From Girardia tigrina (Eukaryota), in assembly GCA_001938485.1 (NCBI GenBank), contig MQRK01229959.1, positions 1-63,797 on the forward strand: DNA of 63,797 nucleotides. Direction: 5' to 3'. Below are positions 52,951-63,797 of this stretch, one piece after another. A program made the translations under genes and the position numbers. The stretch's first letter is position 1; each line of letters starts with the position of its first letter. The notes below the pieces were generated by a model. It made no database searches and was not told the origin of the DNA. It was given only the letters and a program-made list of their open reading frames with translations.

Positions 52951-53655
52951 CTAGAAAAATACCGTCATATATGACGGGTGAGCTGAATTTTTGACTTTGA
53001 AAGTTTCTGCTTTAATTTTTAAATCGTAATTATAATAATTTATTATTTATGGTTTCGAATTCTGTTTTGAAGTAAGTCAGTCAGTTAAATCGGCTCCGGA
53101 GCCTTTCGACAAAGGCACTGTACAGAGAGAACCGTCTCGATGCGGACTATGCAGATTTACCTCAACTTTACACGGATTCACTCACTGTTCTTCCACTATT
53201 TCACATTTTATCAGCAAATATATGATCATAGTAAAAATTGAGTTTGACTGACAAACCGTGATTCAGATGATTAAGAAATTTTGCAAATTTTACATAAATT
53301 GATTTTAAGAAATATAATTAGTAATTAAGTGATATAAATCGTCATTTATCAAATAAATTAGTATTTTATAAGTATTTTCATAAAAATTTTCACAAAATTC
53401 CACGTAGGAATCATCAAAATTGTCATTATTCGAAATCGGTGTTAATTTAAACATTTAACAACTTGTACGGTTTTCGATCGATTTCATCGGTTTCCAAGCG
53501 TGTTTCGGCGAAATAGCTGTACCGACAGACTTGTGTTGATGCGGGCAATCCAGATTGACCACGTCCTTAAATTGATTCACTCTGGTTCCTCCGCAATTTT
53601 ACATTTAAAACGTGACGGCAAACACTTCTTTCTTAGACAAATATTATGTATATAC

Positions 53656-53700
<45 letters not shown>
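52951..53700 (-). mobile_element. Non-autonomous Helitron
   Basis: Minus-strand 3' end: hairpin CCGTCATATATGACGG then CTAG|T at 52951, nearly the same hairpin as the copy at 4961-5351. The 5' end is lost in a TA-rich microsatellite. Confidence 0.65.
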
Positions 53701-53704
<4 letters not shown>

Positions 53705-53731
53705 TAATATACATATATATATATACATATA

Positions 53732-53957
53732 TATTATATCACTAATTATTTTACAATTATGTGATATATAATTATAATAAAAAATTGTATCGTTAATAAA
53801 ATAATATCCATTTAATTATAAATTAAAGCAAGCTCAAAGTTCTAAACTCACGTTTTATTTTATTAATCAATTATTATTATTATTAACTATTTTATTTTAA
53901 ATTTTAATAATTAACTTCAACATTTAAATATTGCATTTCCTGAAAATGATTTCAATT
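53732..53957 (+). repeat. Duplicate of the piggyBac flanks lacking the element (empty site)
   Basis: Matches 50346-50410 joined to 51614-51774, with a single TTAA at 53793-53796. Confidence 0.93.
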
Positions 53958-54734
53958 TATTCGCCGTTTTGTTTCGATAATCGGACAAGTTTGCGTTTCT
54001 TATATGTTTAAAAGAAATTTAAAATTATCAAAAAAATAATCATAGAAAAAATTATTTGTGGTATAAAATCAGTTTTCTTTTTCAAAAGAAAATTGAGAAT
54101 ATCGAAGAAAAAAACAATAAATATAATTTATATCATCACAAATAAATTGAAAATTATTTAAATAATGATTTATGTATAAAAAAGGCAATGTCAATTTTTT
54201 ATGACTATAATTAATATTTATTTTCCACTAAAATAATGTTTCCTATAAGATTTGGAACTATAAATGAATTATTAGGGATTGTTTAGTTTGAATCTGCCAT
54301 GGATGCGTATCAATGAGTTCTGAAAAGAATCTTCAACAAGAAATATATAATAAAATAAATGACAATATTTGAATTACGGTAAAAGATACTTCATCGATAA
54401 TAAAGAATAAAACGGAAACATTAATTACTAAAATAATGACTGAAGAGATTGGGAAAATTGTTCTATTAATTGGTATAATATAATGTAAATTAATAGAACT
54501 ATTTAAGGAGTTTGAGAAGTTGTCTCATCACAATAAAAGAAATTGACAGGTTTTCATATTAGTCTGTAAAATGTCATTAATTCATACAATCTTAAGAAGG
54601 TTATAGGAACAACAATACTCACCAATTTCGCTAAAGAAAACCAGTTTTAAAATTTATTATATTTTTCAAAATAAAAACGTTATAATAACAATTTTAAATG
54701 GTAAGTTCTTTCTTTTACGTTTGAATTTTAATAA

Positions 54735-54737
<3 letters not shown>

Positions 54738-54789
<52 letters not shown>
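54738..54789. repeat. (TTA)n microsatellite
   Basis: Direct reading; a second imperfect (TTA)n run lies at ~55909-55942. Confidence 0.95.
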
Positions 54790-54791
<2 letters not shown>

Positions 54792-54843
54792 AAAAATTAA
54801 AAAAATAATGGCAAATTATGTTTAAAAACAAAAACACGCCATT

Positions 54844-55910
54844 TGTTAAATTTATTTTTTACAACAATTAATTTCGACGGTATAACCGTCATTTCTTCTC
54901 TGTCTCCAGCATTTTCCTTAGGATCTTCCGATGAATTTTGCGAATATCTTCTTTCACAAAATTCATCGGAAGATCCTAAGGAAAATGCTGGAGACAGAGA
55001 AGAAACGAAGAAAAGAAATTGTGAAACGACTAACTATTGTTAGATCTGCACTGTATACTGTAAGTAGTGACTTGTGTTTTCATTGGTGTAATATTGTCTC
55101 TAATTATCACGCAAATAAAATCTCTCGTAACAAAATTGAGACACAGAACAAAAAACTAAAAACTTTAAGAAAATTATTTGGTGTTTTTGAATTTAATGTT
55201 AAAGATACAGTCTTAAATTTAAGTAATGTAGAATTATCAGACGAAGAGATCAATTTAAAAGATTATGAATATTTGTCTTCGTTATTATCTAATTTAATTG
55301 AAAATATGATAAAGAAGACTCAACAACTTTAAAATATGTTTTAAGCATTCCATATTCAGAGGGATTTGGTAAATTTAAACATTTAATTTTAAAATGCGTA
55401 AATAATGCCTTTAATTTAAAAATAATATCACAAACATATAAAATCCAAAATGTGTTTTGTAATAAATCTCCAACCCCATTTGGATTATGTTCGGATCTCG
55501 TATATAAATTTACATGTAATGGGTGTAATGCCACATACATTGGAGAGACATCTCGTCATCTCTGTAGGAGAATCCAAGAACATGGTCGGAATGTAGGTGG
55601 GAGTAATATTGCAGAACACAGAAAGGGTTGTAAGTTGAATGAAAACATAAACATAAATGATTTTAAAATTCTGTGTTCTCGNNNNNNNNNNNNNNNNNNN
55701 NNNNNNNNNNNNNNNNNNNNNNNNNNNNNNNNNNNNNNNNNNNNNNNNNNNNNNNNNNNNNNNNNNNNNNNNNCGTGTTTAGATGACATAATAATCCATT
55801 GATGACATAATCACTGCTTGCCTATATAAGCAGATTTAAAATTCATTTCTTTCTTGAGACCTGACGATGACGGTTATACCGTCGAAATTAATATTCGTAA
55901 AAAATAAATT
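54844..55910 (+). mobile_element. Internally deleted Penelope-like element with inverted ends
   Basis: N-terminal VLNLSNVELSDEE joined to GIY-YIG YKFTCNGCNATYIGETSRHLCRRIQEH with no RT between them. The terminal ATGACGGTTATACCGTCGAAATTAAT...GTAAAAAATAAAT is present in opposite orientations at both ends. Confidence 0.88.
55858..55898 (+). ncRNA. Minimal type I hammerhead ribozyme (Penelope pLTR)
   Basis: CTGACGA-T-GACGG-TTATA-CCGTC-GAAA-TTAAT: CUGANGA and GAAA cores flank a 5-bp helix II, followed by a palindromic helix III region; helix I pairing is weak. Confidence 0.7.
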
Positions 55911-57760
55911 ATTATTATTATTATTATTATTTTATTATTATTTTATCTGTGGAATGGATATACTGTCTGAAAACCCGATTAATACTATATCTATTTTGTT
56001 CGTACTTGTATTACCTCAACTTATGGAGGGACCAAAAAAATAAAAGGTAATTTATAAAAATAACATGAAAATATGCAGGATCATTATGCTGATATTGATG
56101 AAGGAGCAATTTAGGGTGGAAATGGCGGTCAGTTAATGAATTGAGGATAAGTGGATGATCTTGAAGTTTGATGGAACGACTGATTTTGAAGAGTTTGAAA
56201 TTTTCTTGTTTTTTGACGTTGTTGGATTAATTTTTTTGTCTTTTTATTTTGACTAAAGCTAATAATTACAATATATGAATATTTTATTTTATTAATTCTG
56301 ATAAATATCTTTTAGCGATATGGTATTCTTTAAAATTCATTTTAAAATTTTAATTCTAATTTATAATAATCATTATAATTCATGGCATTCAATATGAAAG
56401 ATCATTTTTCTTTAAATTTTGAATATTCACTTTCAAAATTTTATATTAATTTTTATTATCATCAATTCACTCAGTTTATCTCTTAAATTAATTTTTTGTG
56501 TAGTAAAAATTTCTTTAGAAAATCGAAGATCATTGTAGACAGAGTCTTCATGGTTGTGGTTGTTCTATTAATTCTTCTTTGCATAGATGAAGATGATTGA
56601 TAACTTTTTGATAGAGTTCTCTAATTTGTTTCATGTATTGATCATTCAGTTCCTTTCCTTCTTCTTAATTTTTTGAGTCTTTTTTAACAACATTTTGCAT
56701 CATTCTTTACAACATTTTAATAAGATTTAAAAACATTTTGCTCCTTCTTTATTAACATCCACTTCAGATTTCAATAATTCAATTAGACCCTCTAATTTGA
56801 TATAGATTTTTCAGGATCTATTAAGTACTAGATAACATTTTGAGATTTTCGATTTCTTTCAAAACATTTTCATATAAATACAAAGATATGTAGATTTTAA
56901 TAAAGATAACAAATATGTTGAGACACAAATGTGTGGCTTAAGGTAAGTTCCCTACAGTAGTGATAGAAATCGAAATATAAATAACAATATTAAAATATAA
57001 ACAATTTTTATAGTTATAAATTAATTATAACGGAAAGAAATAACGAAGGTAGTTTATATCACAGAACGGTGACGAAGAGGTCCTAGGAGAACAAAGTAAT
57101 ATATTTTCCCTAACGTCTTTATACAGGGATAATTGAATTTCTAGAAATTTTATTTCTCTATGGAAAAGTTTAGGATTGGATTATTTATGTTGTAATTCCA
57201 AATGCTTTTTCAGAGGTATAACTTAATTCTGTCTTTTGTGTCGAAATATTTTTTTAATTAATTTGGTGATTTATAAATAAATTTACTTTCTTCTCTTTAT
57301 GACGGAGTTTTGCAAATATTTGACGAATTGTTGCCATTCTCTCAAACAATCTCAATTGTAAAAGTAAGCTAACTGATGAGCAGTAATTTAGTGATCGGTA
57401 TTAACAACATCACAATTTGAATGTAAACATTTATTTACAACACGAACAGATTCTTCACAACAATTTTAGGAGGGCATCTTTCTTTGATTGATAAAGTTTT
57501 TGTTTCTGTATTCAAATCTAAAAAAACAATGAATGAGAAATTTATTAATATTAACTTTTAATTTCTTATAATTTTATTGGATAAAAAGGCATTACGTAAT
57601 TTTTTAAAAAAAACATTAATTTTTAAAATATATTAAATTTAATAAGTTAAAATCGTTTACTAAAAATATTATTAAAATTCATAATTATAAAACTTTAAAT
57701 AATTAGTACTTAAAATTAATTTCATTAGATTCAAATAATCAATCAAATAACATATCAATC

Positions 57761-57836
57761 CCATCTGAGTAGGAGAGTCACAAATCTAAACAGCATACAA
57801 ACAACAAACTTACAACATTCACAATTATCCCTCACA
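57761..57836 (-). other. Bipartite dispersed motif, copy 6
   Basis: Reverse complement TGTGAGGGATAATTGTGAATG...GTATGCTGTTTAGATTTGTGACTCTCCTACTCAGATGG. Confidence 0.8.
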
Positions 57837-58809
57837 ATCGGTGCGCCTACTTTTAATAATAGAATGAAATTAATAAATAAAATTAAAATAATAAAATATA
57901 ATAGAAACTATAAACTTATAAGGTTTATGTATAATTTTTTTCAACTTTTGATTCTATTGCGTCAGGAAGTTGACAATAATTATGGAATTACTGTTGTTAG
58001 ATTTGGTAAGAAACTGAAACAAATTTCAATCTAGAGATTTCTTCTAAAGAATTAAAATTTAATTTATTAATAATTTCGATTATATACTAATAATAGGTAG
58101 GTCATTACACTAACTTTTAATTGTGTTATTGAATTTTTTTGATTTGCAATTCAATGTATTAAAATTCATTAGTAATCAGTAATAATAACTTGGCAATTTT
58201 ATTAATTTATTTGAAAATTGGTAATTTTAATTTAGGTATTATAATTTTATAATATAATAACTTTTAATTATAATAAAATCTTTATTTAATATAATTCTTT
58301 TATTTTACTTGACTGGTTTTCACATACTGGAGGAATGAAAACATGAGTTGTCCTCATTAGAAAAAAGGCAAAAAAGTCAAAAAATTAGTTTTTCTGGATT
58401 TTTCAGTCGAAAGAAAATTTCTTACTTAGGAGACTGGAATTTATAGGCAGCTTGTTTATATACTTCACCGGACAGTTTTTGTGAACCGAAACATAAAAAA
58501 ACATGATTAGATGCTTAATTTATCGCTTTTCTTCTTTCTTTTGTAAATTTTCTAAATTTGTAGAAAGAGTTAATAAACCAAGTTCCTTGTTAAATACGAT
58601 TGGTTATTCTAAATCCTTTTTTTGAAAATTTAATAAAGGAAACAGTGGATAGGATACTGTTTGAGTATCATTAGAATATGATTAGATTTTATTAATATGT
58701 TTAAATATTACTTATTTGTAATTTATTTTTAAAAACTTTAAAAATACATTGTAAAAAGCAGTGACCAATCAATAAAATTTAAAAATTAAATCACGATCTC
58801 TTAAAATTC

Positions 58810-59275
58810 CAAATACATATGTTCAGTAATAAATCTATCACACCTTTAACACTTTGTTCTGATCTTGTTTATGAAACTTGTTTATCTTAATGGGTGAAAT
58901 ACCACATATATTGGAGAGACTGCCCGTCATTTCTGTAAACGAAGTCAACAACATAGGAAAACATGTAAATGTGCTATTAATATTGAAAATGTAAAAATTC
59001 TGTGGAAGCACTGTGATTGAGAGAGTGCATTGTTAATTAGGTCACGTTGTCCTAAAATCAATGTTCAATCGGCAGTCTCAACCAGCTTATTGAAAATTTT
59101 TGATTAGAGTGATGTCATTCAATCGATTACATAACGATTAATTTTGCATTTATATAGAGGTAAATTCAATTATTAATCACTCACCTAAAAATGACATTTG
59201 AACCGTCGAAAAATATTGTCTTTAAATATATTTTTTAAATGGATGAATTTTGTTTCTATTAAAAAACTTCTATCC
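58810..59275 (+). mobile_element. Penelope-like element 3' fragment
   Basis: TTYIGETARHFCKR...SRCPKINVQSAVSTSLLKIFD*; same family as 26660-27315; degenerate hammerhead ending CCGTCGAAAAATATTGTC. Confidence 0.85.
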
Positions 59276-61194
59276 ATATTGGAACATATCAATATAAAAA
59301 AATAAAAATTAAATATTTATATATATATATATATAATGACACATTATTAGAATTATTATTATAATTACTATTAATATAATAACTATTATTAGTAATAATA
59401 CTATTAATAATATTAAAATTTTATGGTATAATTAAATATTTGTTTTCTAATCACTGACAATGTTTAAAAAAATAATAAAGCAGCGCGGCCTGCTAGAAAC
59501 TATAAATCTCCAAACATATGAAGTTTTATTTTCTTCCACTTTTTAGATTTGTTTCTGCTGCCACAAGAGACATATAAACCCCCCATCAAAATTAAATCAT
59601 CCGAAAATATTGAAGATAATTATTTTTTTCTGAAACTTTGTGTTCTTAAAAATAATTAGAAAATATAGATTCAAAATGAAAATAGAAAAAAATCCCCTCA
59701 TTTAATTTTCAATAGAAATATAAATAAATAATCATCGAAATATTATATTTTTATTTTCTTTCCATATAAATAGAAATGGATTTTAATTTTTGAAAATCAT
59801 AAATATCAGAATAAATTATTAAATTTAAAAATTCTGTAAAATTAATTAATAATTAAAAAAAATTTTTCCTGTTTAATTTTTTTACAACTCAAAATTGAAA
59901 TTACAATTAAAACAATAATCTCATATTTCGTGTTAATTAACGGTTCATTCTTTATTCTCTTCATTTACAATTGTCACAGTAAAATATTTCCTACGGCAAA
60001 TTTTACGAGACAGCCAAATTTATTTTTAGAATCTTATTTTTATCCACAAAATTATTTTAAGAACGAAAATCCAATGGTATAAAAATAAAATAAATTTGTA
60101 AATTAATTAATTAATTAAAAATATTTTTATAAAAAAATTTGTTAATTTTTTTTTAATCTTTTTAAATAATTTTTTAATAATTTAGTTTTTATTATTATTT
60201 TTTTCTGTAATTTCTGTAATTTTTTTTTAATTTAAATTTTTTAGGAATACGAAAAATTAATTATAGTTATTCAAAACAATTGATTCGTAATCTTTAATTA
60301 TATAATTAAGAATTTTTATTATCTAAAAATTAAATTTAAAAAAAATAAAACTTTATGGAATCTCTTCTGATTTTAGAGTTTAGATCTCGTTCAAGTTGGG
60401 TTAAGTAAGATAATATATTTGTTGATTTGGTTAGAAATCAGACATTTAGTTTGAAGACATTTATTGATCGATCACCGAACCCAAGACAGTACCAGTGGTA
60501 CTAGTGCTTCACAAAATAACGTAGATAAAGGATGTACAAAATCTTCGAACCCGATCACAATGCATGAAGTGTCGTGCCCCTCGATGGTACCGCGGAGACA
60601 GACCCAGGAGTGGTTCCAAGGGTGGTTCTCGACTTTCGATTAAGTTATATAAATGATGTGGGGATATTTCCGTGTCTCATCGTACGAAACGTATCTACAC
60701 AGTCAAAGATCTACAGAATCACGGTACGAGGGATCATGACTGGTCCTTTCTGATTGGGAAATCGATGTGTGCCCGTGCACTGATAGTTCGCATTCTTGCA
60801 TAAAAAGCCGTGTGAGAAAGTCAGTATGCTCTGTATTGTGTATTTTTGGTTTCTATCCGATACAGAGTCTATGATTCACCACCCTGTACACCAATGCTGG
60901 TACTGTAGTCTCTACAATACACAGTTCTCCGTTCAGTCGGGAATGCCTTATTTATAATATCTTTTAGATATATTCTACCTTTCAATAAGTAATAATGAGA
61001 CAGAATTTAAAAATCTTCGACGTTTAACAATGATATTAAATTAGTATTAGTTTATCATATTTTTTTTATTATATTATTCCAGTCATCTCAGTAAACTATT
61101 TCATGAATGGATCAGTAGAAGAATCATTAGGAGGAGTTTGGTTTTCTGGGACGAAATAGAACGTTTTATTGGAGTTACTTACTAAAAACAAAAT

Positions 61195-61425
61195 GGATCT
61201 ATTTAAAATATATTTATAGACAATATATTTCGACGTATCAACAGTCGTCTTCAGGTCACTGATTAATGATTTAATTCATCTGCATATAAATGCAAAAAAT
61301 AATGATGATTATGTAATCGATTTCATGAAATCACGCTAATCAAAAATTCTCAATAAGCTGGTTGAGACTGCCGATTGATTTTAGGGAAACACGGCATAAT
61401 TAAGAAGGCCTTACACGACACTCTC
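61195..61425 (-). mobile_element. Penelope-like element 3' terminal fragment (solo pLTR-like)
   Basis: Shares GCTAATCAAAAATTCTCAATAAGCTGGTTGAGACTGCCGATTGA with the copy at ~26780-26823. Confidence 0.85.
61219..61257 (-). ncRNA. Minimal type I hammerhead ribozyme with intact core
   Basis: Reverse complement GAC-CTGAAGA-C-GAC-TGTTGATAC-GTC-GAAA-TATATT-GTC: helix I GAC/GTC, both catalytic cores present, palindromic ATATAT loop. Confidence 0.7.
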
Positions 61426-63436
61426 ACAAACTATAAGAGATAATAATTATTTATATCATCTTTTTATTTTATGTATCGAAAACTGTGAAGAACACGTTTT
61501 ATTTATTTTGGAAGTATCGATTTTTAATTTTCCCTTAATCTTTTCTGGTATTTTTCTTTTCATTCGACTCATTTAACGTACAATATCGTGTTAAAAACAA
61601 GTTATATTTTCTAATTAATTGCTTTCCTATAAATATCCTTCAGTAGAACAAGACATTTGGAGCATTGAAGAATATCAGAAGATTTTGATTCCTTTATTAT
61701 TTAACTAGATCAGGATAATGATTTATATTTTAGTTGGAAACCATTATTATAATGTTCAATGATTATGAAAAAGAAACGAAAAAGATATGCGTTTTAGTTA
61801 TCATGAAAAACCTTTAATCATGTGGCATCTTATTTAAGGGTTATCCGGTACTCATTATCATAATAAACTGCTCAGAAAACGTTGAACCTACGAGTTACCT
61901 CTTCAATGTCATGAAACACCATAAATTTGGAATATTGATAGAAATTTTAACAGTTTTAGACTTCTGCATCGTATCCTCTTATTAAAATCTTGGTTATAAC
62001 AATATCAGACTTTTCCGCATTCTCAACTTTTTGGCAGGAACTACTAATAATCAAATTATGCGATAAGGTAATACATCAATGCGGGTAAGGTTTGTTTAAA
62101 GTTAATTACAACAGTTAAAGAAGAAGCATTGCCAGATAAGTACCTTTCTTAAAATTCAAGTTCAAATGGCAGTACTCCGTAGGAAACTTTTTCCAGAATA
62201 ATCTTTTTGCAACATCATTTTCTTAAAGCAATTAAGGCTACTGATTATCATACCATATTCCATTGATTAATAAATCCATTTTCAAAGTAAGAATAATGAA
62301 AACGAAATTCTGTTAAAAACCAGTGGGCTTGTGGTCGCCGTTTTTTGTCCACCGTAGAAGGAAATCATCTTTGAAAACTTCAATCTGTCGCAACACATAT
62401 TTCGATTTTTTCAACAAAAAATAAAAATTAAGTAACATCTGTAATTGATTGAAATAAAAAGAAGCAATTATGTTTTCAAGAAGAAAATTTATTTGTAAAA
62501 TAAAATTCATATTTAAATTTTCCTGAACACTTTTTCAACATTCAAAAATAATAAAAAAAATAATTAATATTTATTTAAATTTCCATTGTTTTACGACTCT
62601 TTCAAAATATCAGAAAGTTATTTGGTAATCTTCTTTACATAAATTATCTTGGTAAAAAAATAATATTTAATAAAATATTCTTCTGACTAATTTCTCAATC
62701 TTATGATATTTATATAAATTACAATTTGATCAATATATAAATATAAATAATTTTCGCTATTTTATATTTTTTTGTTAGAAAACGTTCCATATTTTTTAAT
62801 ATGCAATTTTCGTCCATTTGTGAACTGATTGCAGAAAATCAGGTGGTAGTGTTTACGGAATATCGAAGATCTTCGGGAAAAATTGGGATACATATGGGAT
62901 AAATGCAAAGTTGATGTAGAATTCCGAACACACGAACAAGTAAGTAACGAATGTCGAAGTCGTGATGGATGTTTCCCGGCAAAACTGAAACAGGGATAAA
63001 TGGGAATACGATGTAACAAAAAGATTCCCCATAAATAATATTGATTTGTGCTTTCTGTTTGTTTCTTTTCCAACACAATTTTGTTAAATTTTAATTTTCC
63101 TCGAAAAAAAAATTAATTTCTTTTTTGTTCGGATAATCAGAAATTGGTAGTTTTAGAAAATAAATAAATATAAAAATTAATAAATATAAAATATTCCAAT
63201 TTTTCGACGATTTTTCATCGATTATTATTAATTATTAAACTTGATAATTATTTATTTTTAAAACCAAATCCCAGTAATTTGTGTATACAAAGGTTGTAAA
63301 GTTAGTTTACAAATCGGACTTTAATCACAAATATAAAATTAAACATTTATATTTGTATTATTCGAAATGGTTCACTGGTGTCCTCAAATTAAAGATCCTT
63401 GAAAATAGATGCTAAAAATATCATAACTAAATATTA

Positions 63437-63797
63437 TTAGGGGTACCCAAATGTTATGTCGTTTTTTATTGATTTTTAGAAACAAAAATAAAACCATATA
63501 AAACATTTATTTAATCAGAAAAATAATCCCCATCGCAATCGATGACCTTTTCCCANCGTGATATAAGTTTTTCTATGCCATTAGAAAAAAAGGATTCGTC
63601 CTTGGATTCGAAAAACTTCACCAGTCCATTTTGGACATCATCCATTGATAGGAATTTTTTACCCTGAAGATAATGTTACAAAGATCTAAAGAGATGGTAA
63701 TCCGAAGGGGCCAAGTCAGGAGAGTATGCCGGATGAGGTAGAACTTCCCATCCCAATTCTTTCAATTTTTGCTGTGTTTTCTTTGCAGCATGTGGTC
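63437..63797 (-). mobile_element. mariner element 3' end (runs off window)
   Basis: [39 protein letters not shown]...WEKVIDCDGDYF; terminus TA-TTAGGGGTACCCAAATG. Confidence 0.9.

Noticed and set aside
1-63797. CRISPR arrays, tRNA/rRNA genes, prokaryotic operons
   Set aside because: None seen. The sequence is eukaryotic with spliceosomal introns, and most short ORFs in the track are AT-rich noise or antisense to TE ORFs.

Overview
Very AT-rich eukaryotic DNA from a gapped draft assembly. The composition, transposon content and gene style suggest a planarian/flatworm, but this is an inference. The host gene is a minus-strand protocadherin with two identifiable exons (32276-32498 and 14475-15349) separated by a ~17 kb intron. 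Almost everything else is intronic or intergenic and filled with dead or non-autonomous transposons: Tc1/mariner (DD34D, DD41D), pogo/Tigger, hAT, MULE, piggyBac, Helitron and Penelope-like retroelements carrying minimal hammerhead ribozymes, often nested. Three things stand out. (1) A dispersed ~70-100 bp bipartite motif (TGTGAGGAATATTTTGAAT ... GTATG-N26-28-CAGATGG) occurs six times with no transposon hallmarks. (2) A chimeric ORF at the left edge fuses an unknown 122-aa leader in frame to a mutated HSP90 N-terminus. (3) A Penelope copy has inverted hammerhead-bearing ends and a perfect internal hairpin. All calls come from manual reading, and element boundaries without TIR/TSD support are approximate.
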